DNA of 64,000 bases from an uncultured delta proteobacterium (GTDB lineage: Bacteria > Myxococcota > Myxococcia > Myxococcales > Myxococcaceae). The position numbers were made by a program, and so were the translations under genes. The stretch covers positions 32,001-96,000 of the forward strand of contig CAVYSY010000008.1 in assembly GCA_963771175.1 (NCBI GenBank), read 5' to 3'. This document shows positions 1-10,813 of this stretch, piece by piece. Position 1 is the first letter of the stretch, and every line of letters starts with the position of its first letter. The notes below the pieces were generated by a model. That model saw only the letters and a list, made by a program, of their open reading frames with translations. It made no database searches and was not told the DNA's origin.

Positions 1-305
1 AGTTCATCGAAGCGCTTGGCTACGACGTGGACGTAGCGGGCAATGGGGTGGAGGCGCTCGAGCGGCTACGGGTCGCTCCCCTACCGACGGCGATGCTGTT
101 GGACTTGATGATGCCGGTGATGAGCGGCTGGGAGTTGATGCGGCACGTGCGCGCGGATCCCATCCTGTGCTCGCTGCCGGTGGTGGTGGTGTCCGGCGCG
201 GGGGACGCCCAACCCCTGCCCGAGGGCATCCGCGGCGCCATGCCCAAGCCAGTGGACCTGGACGCGCTGAGGGCCTTCCTCGAGGCCGCCACCCGGCGCG
301 GTTAG
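1..305 (+). CDS. Response regulator receiver domain protein (5' end outside window)
   Basis: Frame is open from base 3 (FIEALGYDVDVAGNGVEAL); receiver motifs LLDLMMPVMSG, PVVVVSG, MPKPVD. Confidence 0.85.
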   Translation, partial: FIEALGYDVDVAGNGVEALERLRVAPLPTAMLLDLMMPVMSGWELMRHVRADPILCSLPVVVVSGAGDAQPLPEGIRGAMPKPVDLDALRAFLEAATRRG

Positions 306-309
306 GGCG

Positions 310-3037
310 TCAGCGCGGCGCCACCCGCCGCACCTCGCCTCGAAACAGGTCCACCCGCGCCAACCGGCCCGCCTTGTCGAAGAGCAGCAGCTCCTCGTTC
401 ACGAAGCGCACCGAGACCTGGCCCCGGGGCTCGCTGGGGAACGAGAACACCGCGCGTGTCCCGCCCGTCGCGCGGTCGAGGAGCTGAACCCTGTCCGTGG
501 ACACCGACGCCATCCAGGCCCCTCCGAGCACCAGCCCCGGCGCGTCGCCTGGAGAGGACAGCGTCGGACGCCCGGAGAACGGCCCCAGCCACAGCAGCGC
601 GGTGTCCCTGGTGAGAGGGAGGAAGACGTTCGCCGCCACCTCCCCATCCGGCCGCAGCGAGAGGTGCATCACCTGGGCAACCTCCTTCCCGCCGGGCAGC
701 GTCTGGCGCGCGCGCAGCGTGGGGTCCGGCAGCGAGTAGCTCCAGCGCTCGAGCTCTCCGCCCGGCTGGACGGTGACGAAGCTCAGCTCGTTCGGGCCCG
801 CCGCCACCGCCAGCACCCGCTCGCCCACCCGCGACACCCGCCACAGCGCACGCACGTCCGAGGCGAGCACGTCCACCGCCATCACCGTGTCCCCCGCGGC
901 GATGAACCACCAGCTCCCGTCGTACATCGGAGCGAAGGCATCGACGCGCGCGTCGCACCAGGGCTCGGCCCGGCACCGGGTCAGGTCCAGCCGGGACAGG
1001 CGCAGCAGCGTCCCGCGCGGCGCGAGCGCCAGCACCCGGTCTCCATGCACCGAGAGCACCAGCGAGAAGGCCGGCACGTCGAAGTGCGCCACGCACCGGC
1101 CATCCGGCGTGAGGAGCCTCGCCCCCGCCTCGCCGAGCGCCACCAGCAGCCGCCCCCCAGGCAGGAGCACCGCGTCGTGGAGCTCCCACGCTCCGCCCTC
1201 CGCCGCGTCGAAGGAGTGCAACGCTGGAGGCCCGTCGGCCGGAAAGCCCACCCGCGAGGGCTGCCGCGGCAACGGGGGCAGGTCCGCCCGCAGCGCCGTG
1301 TCTCCCGTCGCGAGCACGAGGCGCTCGAGGTCCTTGCTCTTCGAGGGCAGGTAGCCCGCCGCCTGGTCCCGCAGCACTGCGCGCACCGCCGGCCGGAGGA
1401 GCGCCCTGCCCACCTCCGAGTCCTTCCTGTCCTCCACCTCCTGGGCCAGTGCTCCAGCGAAGGCCTGGCGTACCGGGGCGCCCTCCGCGTCATCCGCATC
1501 GAGCAGCGCGAGCGCCCGTGCCCGCACCGCGTCGAAACGCTCGGGGAAGGTCACTGTCATGCGCGCCAGCAGCCGCGCCCCGCCGACACCTCCTATCTCC
1601 ACGCCCCGCTCGAGCCACGCCAGCGTGAGCCGACGCGCGTCCTCCATCGGCCACACCACCTCCACCGCGCGCCCGTAGTCCCCCGCCTGCGCGAGCACCT
1701 CGCCCCAGAGGAGCCGCAGCACGCGTGACTCGGCGGCGTGCGTGCGCTCCAACCGCAGCACCGCGTCCGCGAAGGCGCCGGTGCTCCGGGCGATGTCCAC
1801 CGCTCGCGCCACGTCCTTCGCCAGCATCCACTGCCGCACCACCAGTCCCGGCGCCAGCTTGCGCCCCTCGGCCAGCTCCGCCGCCAGCCGCAACCGGCCG
1901 TGGCGCTCCAGGAAGGAGACGGCCTCCTCGCTGCTCGTGCAGCAGCTCGGCGAGGATGAAGGCCGCCTCCTCGATGCGGCCCTCGCGCTCCAGCTTCCGG
2001 AAGGCCGCTCGGTAGCGCTCCCGCAACGCCTCGAACACCGCCGCGCCCCCGCCGAAGACGCTCGGCGCCCCACCCTGGCGCGGCTGGATGGAGAGCTGCT
2101 CCCGAGGGCCGGGCACCCCGAGCGCCAGCCGGGCCTGCTCCGACATGCCGCCCTTGCTCAGCGGGATGGCGTAGCGCAGGGCCTCCTGCAGGTTGCCCTC
2201 GTCGAACATGTCGAAGAGGCGCCGCACGTACTCCGCCTTGCGCCGACCCAGCAGCGGGCCCAGCGGCGTGGAGCGGGCGAGCCACTCGGCGAGCTGCGAG
2301 AGGAGCCCCGGGCCACGGGGAGGCCGCGGTGCGGAACCGCCTCCGCCCCGCAACCAGGAGCGCAACCGGGTGAGGAGCGAGGCCGGAGCCACCGCGTCCA
2401 CGGTCGTCGCGCTCGGCCTCGGAGTCTCCCCGCGCCACCACGAGCGGAACCGGTCGAGCAGCCCCGGACGGCGGACGGCCTCCACCGGCACGGGCTGGCC
2501 CTCCATGCGTGCCCGCATCGCCTCGGCCTCAGGCGCGGGGACGCCGAGCCCGAAGCTGGCGCGCGTGGGCGCGGCGACGGGCGTGAGCGCCTGCACGGGC
2601 GGGGGCGGCGCGCCGAGGCCCTCCACGGACAGCACCTCCCAGGCGGACACGTCGAGCCAGGCCGACACCTCCACCCGCCGGGACGCATCGAGTGGGAACA
2701 CCTCTGCCGTCCCCGCGCGCACCAGCACGGCGGCTCCCGGAGGTGGGGCGAGACGCTCGCGCTCGGAGGGAGACAGCGGCGCGGAGAGGAGGACGCCGTC
2801 CTCCAGGGTGAAGGGCAGCCCCGGTGCCCCGGCACTGGCCACACGGAGCGGGGAGGACAGTCGCAGCAGGAAGCCCCCGGCGAGCGCGTACACGCCCGCT
2901 CCCGGACTCCACGCGGACAGCACCCGCCGGCGCGCCTCCGCCTCGCCCAGGAGCGCGGGGTCGAACCAGAGCGCCACCGCCTCCACGGTGCCCCGGTGGA
3001 CATGGGCACGAGGCCCCGGACGTCGCGCGGCGCTCAT
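310..3037 (-). CDS. bpX6-domain protein of a MoxR-vWA-beta-propeller ternary system (frameshift near 1935)
   Basis: N-term MSAARRPGPRAHVHRGTVEAVALWFD; YVRRLFDMFDEGNLQEALRYAIPL; continues in another frame as EEAVSFLERHGR to a beta-rich C-terminus; ATGA overlap with upstream gene. Confidence 0.7.
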
Positions 3038-4857
3038 GACGTTCCTCCCGGGGTGGAGCGGAACACGAAGGCCCGGAACTGGAAGTTCCACACGCCCACC
3101 TCGCCCTTCTCCGTCAGCCAGGCCACCACGGGCAGGGCGTTGCTGACGCAGGCGGTGACGACCCGGGCCGGAGCCTGCATCAGGAGCTCGGAGGTGCCGC
3201 GCCCGGACACCAGGTGGAAGGAGCGCTCATCCTGCCCGAGCGCGACCAGTCCCAGTCCCGGCCAGGACGAGGCCGTGAGCCAGGAGCACAACCCCACCAC
3301 GCGCATACCCATGGGCAGGGACAACTCCGTGCCGCTCTCCCCCCGCGAGTCCCACGTCGCCCACCATCGGCCGGGCTGCTGGCGCAACGCGAGCGGGAGG
3401 CCCGACTCCGCGTAGGAGTCCTTCACCTGGCCGAAATACACTTCTCCATCGCCCTCCCTCAGGAGGATCTGACTCCAGATCTCCTGCGACTCCGAGGGCG
3501 AATGGCACCAGATGCCCAGCTGGCGCGAGCCCTCCTCGCTGGAGAGCCGACCCATGAGGAGGAGGGCGCCACGGCGCTCGGCGAGCGTGGTCACTCTCCG
3601 CCAGGTGGGACGGGCGCTCGGACCAGGCGCATCCCAGGAGAGCGTGTGGAGCACGCCCGCGGCATCCAGCACGAGGGGAGTCTCCCGGCGTCCCAGCAGG
3701 GACACCGCCAGCAGCGGGGGCTCGTCAGCGCGGGGAAGCCGGAGCGCCCCGTCCTCGGGCAGCGAGAAGGACACCCCGCGACTATTGGAAACACCCTTCA
3801 ACACACCATGCACGCGCAGGGAGCGCTCGTGCAGCGTCACCACGAGCAGCCCGCCATTGCGGCGCCAGCCCATGGCCACCACCGACTCCCCGCGCGGAGT
3901 CAGGAAGCGCTTGGGCTTGGGGATGGTGGCGCGCGGGGACTGGGGGAGCGCCTGGGCCGCGACGCTGCCATCTCCGTATGCCAGCAGCAGCCGCAACCCG
4001 TCCGCGGAGAAGCGGATGGCGCGCACGGCGCTGGTGCCGGTATCGAGCACTGGAGCGGCGACGGCGGTGCCGAAGGGGTCGCGCAACAGCCGCACGCACT
4101 GGGGCGCGGGCGGCAACTCCAGCACCACCTGGCGCGGCGGGCGCGACGCGGGCTTCACCTCCACCGCGAGCTGCCGGGCACCGGGAGCCACCACCTCCTC
4201 CACGGCCACGCGGGACAGGCCCTCGACACCGGGGAGCCGCGAGAGTCGCGAACCTCCCACCAACCACACATCATCGGGTCCGCGCCCCAGTTGGAGCGCC
4301 TCGCGCCAGTCGGCGAGCCGCTCATCCGTGGGTGGCTCGGCGCTGGCGGCCTTCAGCCACTGGCCGATGGAGGCGGGGTCCACCGTGGTGAAGGGCCCCT
4401 TCTGGGGCGAGGACTGGAGCACACCCCAGGCGAAGCCCGCTCCAGCCGCCTCGGCGCGCCGGGCGAGCACCACCAGCAGCGCGAGGTGCGCGATGCGCGG
4501 AGCCCCCAACTGGTCCGGCCCGGCATCCAGGAGCGCCACGGCGCGGCGGCCCCCCTGCGGCTGGCGGAAGGCGGGCCGGAGGAAGGCCTGCTCGCCGAAG
4601 GCCGCGCGGCGCACGAACTCGTCGGGGGCCTCCATCGCCATCAACCACTCGGACATCAGAAGCCGCTCGGGCGAGCCGCGCCGGGTGAGACCGTCATAGC
4701 CATGGAGTTCGTCCCCCGCGGTCTCGGTCCGCGCGCGCATGGGGCCGATCGCCGCGGCCAGCCGTGCCACGTGGGCCCCCACGCTGAGCGCCAGGTCCTC
4801 CGGGAAGAGGGACAGCTCCGTCGCCCACGGGCGCAGCGCCTCGGGCAGGGCGCTCAT
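3034..4857 (-). CDS. Degenerate vWA + beta-propeller protein of the MoxR ternary system
   Basis: GYDGLTRRGSPERLLMSEW and VALLDAGPDQLGAPRIAHLALLVVL (vWA-like); later FSADG/WD-like strands; ATGA-coupled on both sides. Confidence 0.65.
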   Translation of the reverse strand: MSALPEALRPWATELSLFPEDLALSVGAHVARLAAAIGPMRARTETAGDELHGYDGLTRRGSPERLLMSEWLMAMEAPDEFVRRAAFGEQAFLRPAFRQPQGGRRAVALLDAGPDQLGAPRIAHLALLVVLARRAEAAGAGFAWGVLQSSPQKGPFTTVDPASIGQWLKAASAEPPTDERLADWREALQLGRGPDDVWLVGGSRLSRLPGVEGLSRVAVEEVVAPGARQLAVEVKPASRPPRQVVLELPPAPQCVRLLRDPFGTAVAAPVLDTGTSAVRAIRFSADGLRLLLAYGDGSVAAQALPQSPRATIPKPKRFLTPRGESVVAMGWRRNGGLLVVTLHERSLRVHGVLKGVSNSRGVSFSLPEDGALRLPRADEPPLLAVSLLGRRETPLVLDAAGVLHTLSWDAPGPSARPTWRRVTTLAERRGALLLMGRLSSEEGSRQLGIWCHSPSESQEIWSQILLREGDGEVYFGQVKDSYAESGLPLALRQQPGRWWATWDSRGESGTELSLPMGMRVVGLCSWLTASSWPGLGLVALGQDERSFHLVSGRGTSELLMQAPARVVTACVSNALPVVAWLTEKGEVGVWNFQFRAFVFRSTPGGTS

Positions 4858-5306
4858 GGGGCCTCCTGCTTCGCCAACCACGCGCCCAGCGTCTCGCGGG
4901 AGACGGGACGCGCCGCGCCCACGGGCACGAGGTGTCCCGAGCGGGGCAGCACGGCGAGCGGAGTCCCCGCACGAGCACGGGCGACGAGCGCGCGGTCGAG
5001 CAGCGCGGGGGCCACGTCCGGGGCGAGCGTGCACGGAAGCAGCAGCGAGGGAGCCGCCGCGTCACGCCCGAGGTACACGACACCATCCACCCACGGGAGC
5101 GACTCCGAGTCGCCCAGCAACACCAGCACGCCGTGCCCGGCCACACCGCTCCAGCGAGCGAGCGCCGCGTCCTGCTCCGCCAGCACCCGCCGCGCGAGCG
5201 CGAGCGCCACAGGCCCCACGCCCGCCACCGCGAGCGCGGGAAGCGGTTGGACCCGAGGGCTCCAGGAAGGAGAGAAGCGCGGCTCTGGACTCAACGGGCT
5301 CACCAC
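4854..5306 (-). CDS. bpX5-like small protein of the MoxR ternary system
   Basis: 150 aa; WSPRVQPL, LPWVDGVVYLGRDAAAPSLLLP; stop overlaps vWA gene start. Confidence 0.65.
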   Translation of the reverse strand: MVSPLSPEPRFSPSWSPRVQPLPALAVAGVGPVALALARRVLAEQDAALARWSGVAGHGVLVLLGDSESLPWVDGVVYLGRDAAAPSLLLPCTLAPDVAPALLDRALVARARAGTPLAVLPRSGHLVPVGAARPVSRETLGAWLAKQEAP

Positions 5307-5344
5307 GAGGCGGAGCCTACCTCACCTGGTGCCTGACACCCGCG

Positions 5345-6256
5345 TCACTCCAGGAAGCGGCGATCCCAACGGAGCAGCTCCTCGGGAACAGTGTTTCCGA
5401 AGAACGCCTTGCGTTGGTAGAGGTAGGGCTCGAGAACCCGGGCGAGCGCGCGGTGCAGGGGGAGCGTCTGGCCCGCCTCCACGTCCCCCACCTCCGACCG
5501 CTCTCCGAGCGTGATGAGCACCCGGTCTCCACTCATCTCCTGGAGGGAAATGCCCGGGAGCGCCAGACGCTCGCGCAGGCCGGACACACCGCCGAGCTCG
5601 CCGAGTACCGGCTGCCCGAGGAAGTTCATCCAGTGCACGCCATCCACCCTGGTACCCACGTGCATGGTGGCGCCGCTCGAGGCGAGCGGCACTCCCTGGT
5701 AGCGCGGACGGATGAGCTTGAGTGCCTCGACCGCGTCCCCCCTGGACGAGCAAAAGACGAAGTCCACATACCCCGAGGAGAAGGGAAGCTCCGCCGCCAG
5801 TTCGAGGGCGAATGCACGGACGTGCTCCGGACCCCGCTCTTGCAGGTACTGCGTGGGCAGACGCAGGTATAGGACGCAGACGTCGTCCTTCCGCTCTGGC
5901 CAGGGGAGGGGAACAGGGGACAACCCCCGGTAGTCCACGAGGAGGCCATCCACATTATGGGGTTTGCCCTCCAATCTCAGGGAGCCGCTCCTGCCGGGCC
6001 CTGCTTCCAGAGTCTTCTTGCGGGTTCTTTCCCAGGAAGCGTCATCGAGCGGCTCGGCTTGCCCGTCACCCGTGTCGTTCCAGGCGAGTCGGTAGGGCCG
6101 TATCCGTTCCCGAAAGAACTCCACGGCACGAATGACGGAGGGTGCGATCCGCTCGTTGGGATGTGGAATATAGAAGCACATGAGCAGGACATCGCTTCCA
6201 CACAACCAACCGCGCTTGTTGTAGTACCGCAACTTCGGATAGCGCATAAAGGGCAC
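5345..6256 (-). CDS. DUF3396 / TsiV-like immunity protein
   Basis: AAELPFSSGY, RYQG, VDGVHWMNFLGQPVLGELGG, RALARVLEP, C-terminal RWDRRFLE; directly downstream of a nuclease-fold toxin gene. Confidence 0.85.
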   Translation of the reverse strand: MPFMRYPKLRYYNKRGWLCGSDVLLMCFYIPHPNERIAPSVIRAVEFFRERIRPYRLAWNDTGDGQAEPLDDASWERTRKKTLEAGPGRSGSLRLEGKPHNVDGLLVDYRGLSPVPLPWPERKDDVCVLYLRLPTQYLQERGPEHVRAFALELAAELPFSSGYVDFVFCSSRGDAVEALKLIRPRYQGVPLASSGATMHVGTRVDGVHWMNFLGQPVLGELGGVSGLRERLALPGISLQEMSGDRVLITLGERSEVGDVEAGQTLPLHRALARVLEPYLYQRKAFFGNTVPEELLRWDRRFLE

Positions 6257-6262
6257 CCTTCC

Positions 6263-7156
6263 CTACTCAACAGGGACTACGCCCTCCCGTGGAGAGACGA
6301 GCCTGGGTTCCACCCCAAGGGCTTCATTATAGAGGTCTCCCTGTGACCAGTCCTTCCAACGCCCTTCCTCATACGGCTCCCACTGAGCGACATGGGTCTT
6401 CGGGCACGGGAACTTGAGATCGTACACGTGGACGGCGAAGCCGTTCTCATCCAGGAGGACGATGTCCGGCTCGATGGTCCCCCTCAGACCCGACCAGCCC
6501 TCCTGCGTCACGATCTGACTCACCTCGTTGTCATTCAGGTACTCCCATTTTCCCGTCCTCGGGTTGAGGTAGAAGCGGGGGTGGAGCAGATAGCGTCCCG
6601 GCACCAGCTTTTTCAGCGCCTCGCGTAGACACGGCCAGGCCTGCTCGTGCTTGAAGAGTCCCAGGTAGGCGGCCCACGTCGTCCGTTCGCCCACCTTGAC
6701 CTGCTGGCAGAGCTCCCGGCTCGGGCTCTTGCCGTTGAAATGGTGGTCGTTGACCTGCTGCTCCGCCTGGCGGACGCACTGCACGATGGCCTTCTCGACC
6801 TTCGTGAGCAGGTCCGCCGCCAACTCCACGCCCCGGCGCTCGGCGGAACCGATCTGCACGGCCTGCACCGCCAGGCCCCCCGCCACGCCGACGGCAGTGA
6901 CCTTGAGCGCCAGGGAGGGGGTACGCCCCAGGGCTTCGGCGGCCTCCGCCTCCTCCACGGCCCGAGCCAGCTCGGACGAGCCGGTGCACCGCTCCCACTG
7001 GCCGGGGTTCTTCTTGAGACAGCACTCGGGGGTCAGGTCCCGGGGGCCGCACTCTCCCGCCACCTCGACGGAATCCGACCACCCCGCCTGAAGCATGACC
7101 AGGAGAACCAGCAACCGCACGGGCCTACTCCTCGGTGTATGAAGCACGGAATCCAC
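6263..7156 (-). CDS. Putative secreted toxin with C-terminal PD-(D/E)xK (VRR-NUC/TseV-like) nuclease domain
   Basis: Hydrophobic N-term, ECCLKK..WERC, C-term IEPDIVLL...VYDLKFPC...QGDLYNEALG; adjacent DUF3396; start codon uncertain. Confidence 0.6.
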   Translation of the reverse strand: MDSVLHTPRSRPVRLLVLLVMLQAGWSDSVEVAGECGPRDLTPECCLKKNPGQWERCTGSSELARAVEEAEAAEALGRTPSLALKVTAVGVAGGLAVQAVQIGSAERRGVELAADLLTKVEKAIVQCVRQAEQQVNDHHFNGKSPSRELCQQVKVGERTTWAAYLGLFKHEQAWPCLREALKKLVPGRYLLHPRFYLNPRTGKWEYLNDNEVSQIVTQEGWSGLRGTIEPDIVLLDENGFAVHVYDLKFPCPKTHVAQWEPYEEGRWKDWSQGDLYNEALGVEPRLVSPREGVVPVE

Positions 7157-7169
7157 TCTCTGCGCTCCT

Positions 7170-7730
7170 TCCTGGCGGAGCGCTCCCCCGAAGGCCCTCT
7201 TCCAGCGCCGCGACCTGGAGGCACTCGAGCCGCTCGTCACCCTCGAGTGGAAGCAACCCACGAGCGAGCACTTCTACCGGGAGATGCGCGAGCGTTTCGA
7301 AGGGTTGCTGCTGCTGCCCGGCCACCATGCCTTGCCTGCTGGCCACCTGGCCCAGGGGGTGTCGCTGGGCAAGGAGCTGCAGCGGCGCGCCCGGGCCAGC
7401 GCGGCGCACCTGAACGAGGACGAGCGGAGGTGGATGGGGCGGCTGCTGTGGGAGGTGGGCGCGCGCCTGCGCGAGCAGCGCTCGCGTCTGGAGCTGGAGC
7501 AGGGGGCTGCTGCTGCAGGTGTTCGGCTCCGAGCTGACGGGGCACAGCCCGACGCGGGTGGACGAGCATCGACCTGTGGGTGGAGCTGGGCAGGTGGGAG
7601 GAGGCGCTGAAACGCGTCGGGCTTCAAGCGCTGGCCGCTGGCCTCGCTACATGAAGAGTCCCGCGAGCCCCGGGCCCGCGACGAGCATGCCTGGCTGCGC
7701 GCCTTCGCGGGCAAGGGCGAGCTGCCCTGA
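7170..7730 (+). pseudogene. Fragmented myxobacterial hypothetical gene (several frameshifts, probably 5'-truncated)
   Basis: Joining frames gives LFQRRDLEALEPL...EHFYREMRERFEG...RWMGRLLWEVG...RWPLASLHEESREPRARDEHAWLRAFAGKGELP*. Confidence 0.4.
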
Positions 7731-7744
7731 AGCATCGGACGACG

Positions 7745-8903
7745 TCAGGCCACCTCGGTCCGGGGAGCCCGGACAGGGCCGCGCGCAACTCCTCGCGCAC
7801 CGCCTGGAGCTCCGGGGGCAGGGCCTCGGGAGCGAAGCCCGCGTCCATCTCGCGCGCCACGCCCTCCAGCTTCAGCCGCCAGGAGGCGAGGGCCTCGGCG
7901 TCCGCGTCCGAGGGCCGCTCGGCGAGCACGGCCCGGCCGGCCTGGGCGATGCGCTGGCCCGCGCGAGCGGCCCGGCACTGGCCTCGAGGGCGGCGGCGGA
8001 CAGGGCCGGGTTCTCCGAGTGGGCCAGCAGCTCGCGCAGCACGTCGCGCGCGAGGGCCTGTCCCTCCTTGGTGGGCACGGCGTAGATGAGGGGCCACAGG
8101 TCGGCGACGCTCGGGGTGCGGCGCCCGGCGAGCGCGGCGGCGGCGGCCACGAGGCGCTGCACCTTCACCATGCGCCGGTCACTCAGGCCGATGCCGGCGG
8201 CGCGCAGGGTGCGCAGCGCGTGGGCGAGGTGGGGACGCGCGGGCCCGAGGTCCGCCTCGCGCGCGGCCTGGGCGAGCACGTCCAGCGCCTCCAATGACGC
8301 GGTGCGTGCATCCTCCGAGCGCCACAGCGAGGCGCCCCCGGCGAGCAGCTCCTCCAGCCGCGGGTCGGGCACGGGCTCCACGAAGGTGCGCGCGAGGAAG
8401 CGGTCGGCGAAGGCGGCGAGGGACTCGTCCTCGGGCAGGGCGTTGGAGGCGCCCACGCACACGCGCAGGGGGCAGCGCATGCGGGTGTGGCCGCGCCGGA
8501 AGACGCGCTCGTTGAGCAGGCCCAGCAGCGTGTTGAGGATGGCGGTGGAGCCGAGGAACACCTCGTCGAGGAAGGCCACCTCGGCCTCGGGCAGCATGCC
8601 GGCCGTCTCCGTCTCCACGAGGCCCTCGCGCAGCTTGCGCAGGTCCACCGGGCCGAAGATTTCGGAGGGCTCGGTGAAGCGACCCAGGAGGTACTCGAAG
8701 TAGCTGCCCCCGAGCGCTCGCGCGATGCGTCGCACGGCCTCGCTCTTGGCGGTGCCGGGCGGGCCGATGACGAGCAGGTGCTCGCCGGCCACGGCGCACA
8801 GCGCCACCAGCTCCACCATGGCCTCACGCTCCACCAGGCCGCGGCCCGCGTCGGTGAGGGCCTCGCGCACGGCGAAAGCAGCCGCATCAAAAGAGGGGGA
8901 CAT
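7745..8903 (-). CDS. MoxR/RavA-family AAA+ ATPase (frameshifts near 7955 and 7770)
   Basis: Walker A GPPGTAKS, YLLGRFTEPSEIFGP, Walker B FLDEVF, GASN, AFADRF. Confidence 0.9.
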
Positions 8904-9005
8904 GGGGCGGACTCTACCCCGACCCGCCGCCGCCATTCCGCCGGAGGACGTACACACTGTGTGGGTGGACCTGACGGGGCGGGTCTGGGCTAAGCTCCGC
9001 GCCCA

Positions 9006-9587
9006 ATGCGACGCGTTGCGAGTCTCGGAAGCCTGGTGGTGGGGTTGTTGTGGGCGGGGACATCGGCAGCGGGGGAGTGGCGAGGGTACGGCTCAGTCAG
9101 CACCGGCCTCATCATCGATCACATCTCCGGAGTGCGAGCCAAGGGCGGCGCGCTCCAGGCCTACCTGGGAGTGGAGGCCCCCTTCGGGCTGTCGCTCGGC
9201 GTGGTGGGCGAAGGTGTCGAGACGTGGGGCGCGAGCCTCCAGGGCCAGCAGTTGCAACTGGACTACCGCTCGCTGGGGCTGGAGGTGCGCCTGCGCTTCC
9301 TGCGCGACGGAGGGGTGAACCCGTGGGTGGGGCTGCGCGTGGCGCAGAGCCGCTCCACGCCGCTGACGTTGGATGACTTCGGGGCGCCGCGGCGGATGCT
9401 GCACGACGGGCTGAGCACGGCGGTGCGCCTGGGCATGGACACGTGGCTGGGGGAGCACCTGGGCATCTCGGTCTCCACGGCCTGGCAGTGGTGCGACGTG
9501 CGGGTGGACGGGAGCACCGCCCCCGAGACCGGCGAGTGCGCCAAGCCGCTGCACTCCATCCTGGGCGGCCCCACGCTGCGCTTCTGA
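9006..9587 (+). CDS. Putative outer-membrane beta-barrel protein
   Basis: Signal peptide, alternating beta-strand pattern, terminal Phe (GPTLRF). Confidence 0.55.
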   Translation: MRRVASLGSLVVGLLWAGTSAAGEWRGYGSVSTGLIIDHISGVRAKGGALQAYLGVEAPFGLSLGVVGEGVETWGASLQGQQLQLDYRSLGLEVRLRFLRDGGVNPWVGLRVAQSRSTPLTLDDFGAPRRMLHDGLSTAVRLGMDTWLGEHLGISVSTAWQWCDVRVDGSTAPETGECAKPLHSILGGPTLRF

Positions 9588-9686
9588 GCCGCCCTGCCCT
9601 CGTGTTGTTCACTGTCGCGCGACACCTCCGTCCCGAGTGACGGGAAGATGTTCGCGGCACACGCACGGGGAGTTTAAGGTGGGTGC

Positions 9687-10400
9687 ATGAATCGCGAATA
9701 CCACAAGTGGTACAGCGAGCGTCTGGGCCGGGACATGGAGCTGCTGCTCTTCGGGCACTCTGGAGAGCCGGTGTTGCTGTTGCCCACCAGCAAGGGACGC
9801 TTCTTCCAGGCGGAGGACTTCGGCCTTATCGGGGCGCTCTCGGATCGCATCAAGGCAGGGCGCTACGTCGTGGTGTGCGCGGACTCGGTGGACGAGGAGA
9901 GCTGGTTCAACACGTCCGTCCATCCGCATGAGCGGGTGGCGAGGCACGCGGCGTACGAGCAGTACCTGCTGCACGAGGTGGTACCGCTGCTGACGTCGCG
10001 CAGCTCAGGAGGCCGGCTGACACTGGGCGGGTGCAGCTTCGGAGGCTTCCACACCTACAACATCGGGCTGCGCAACCCGCACGTCTTCCAGCGCCTGCTG
10101 TCGATGGGAGGCAAGTTCGAGACGGAGGACTTCCTCGACGGCCACCATGACGAGAGCGTGTACTACCACTCGTGCATGCAGTGGCTGCCAGGGGTGAAGG
10201 ACCCGGGACAGCTCGCGGCGCTGCGCCGGGTGGAGATGATCCTCGCGGTGGGCGAGCACGACTTCTGCCGCCCGTCGAACGAGAAGCTGTCGAAGCTGCT
10301 GTGGTCCAAGGACATCGCCAACCAACTGGCCATCTGGTGGGGCGGGACACACGACTGGCCGGTGTGGCGGCAGATGATCCAGCACTACCTGCCGGGGTGA
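9687..10400 (+). CDS. Esterase family alpha/beta hydrolase
   Basis: Nucleophile elbow GCSFGG, C-terminal HDWPVW, MNREYHKWYS start. Confidence 0.85.
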   Translation: MNREYHKWYSERLGRDMELLLFGHSGEPVLLLPTSKGRFFQAEDFGLIGALSDRIKAGRYVVVCADSVDEESWFNTSVHPHERVARHAAYEQYLLHEVVPLLTSRSSGGRLTLGGCSFGGFHTYNIGLRNPHVFQRLLSMGGKFETEDFLDGHHDESVYYHSCMQWLPGVKDPGQLAALRRVEMILAVGEHDFCRPSNEKLSKLLWSKDIANQLAIWWGGTHDWPVWRQMIQHYLPG

Positions 10401-10441
10401 CGGGGGCCCGGAGGCCTACCAGCCTCCGTCGGTTCCGTGAC

Positions 10442-10813
10442 TCAGCGGCCCTGCACCTCACGCTGGCGCAGGGCGACGAACTCGGCGACGAAATCGAGGA
10501 ACTTGCGGATGGCGCGCTCGTGGTCGCCGTCGCAGTCGCGCAGGTACTTGGCTGCCCAGCCCTCCGTGGGGAACTCGTGCTTCACGTCGCGGAGCCAGTC
10601 GTGGAAGAGACCGTACTCCTCGTCCTCCACACCGTTGGCGCTCTGGCAGGCGCGGTAGCCATCGGTAAACGCCACCATCCGGATGGCATTGATGTCCCCC
10701 AGATACATGGCCAACAGTCCCTTCACCATGTCACTCCGCATGCGCATCAAATAATCGAGCAGATACACATTCCGGTACGAAGACTGGCCTGTCGAAATAT
10801 CTTCTCCACTCAT
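10442..10813 (-). CDS. Putative immunity protein for the upstream papain-fold toxin
   Basis: 123 aa, helical, lower GC, ATGA overlap with toxin stop. Confidence 0.55.
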   Translation of the reverse strand: MSGEDISTGQSSYRNVYLLDYLMRMRSDMVKGLLAMYLGDINAIRMVAFTDGYRACQSANGVEDEEYGLFHDWLRDVKHEFPTEGWAAKYLRDCDGDHERAIRKFLDFVAEFVALRQREVQGR

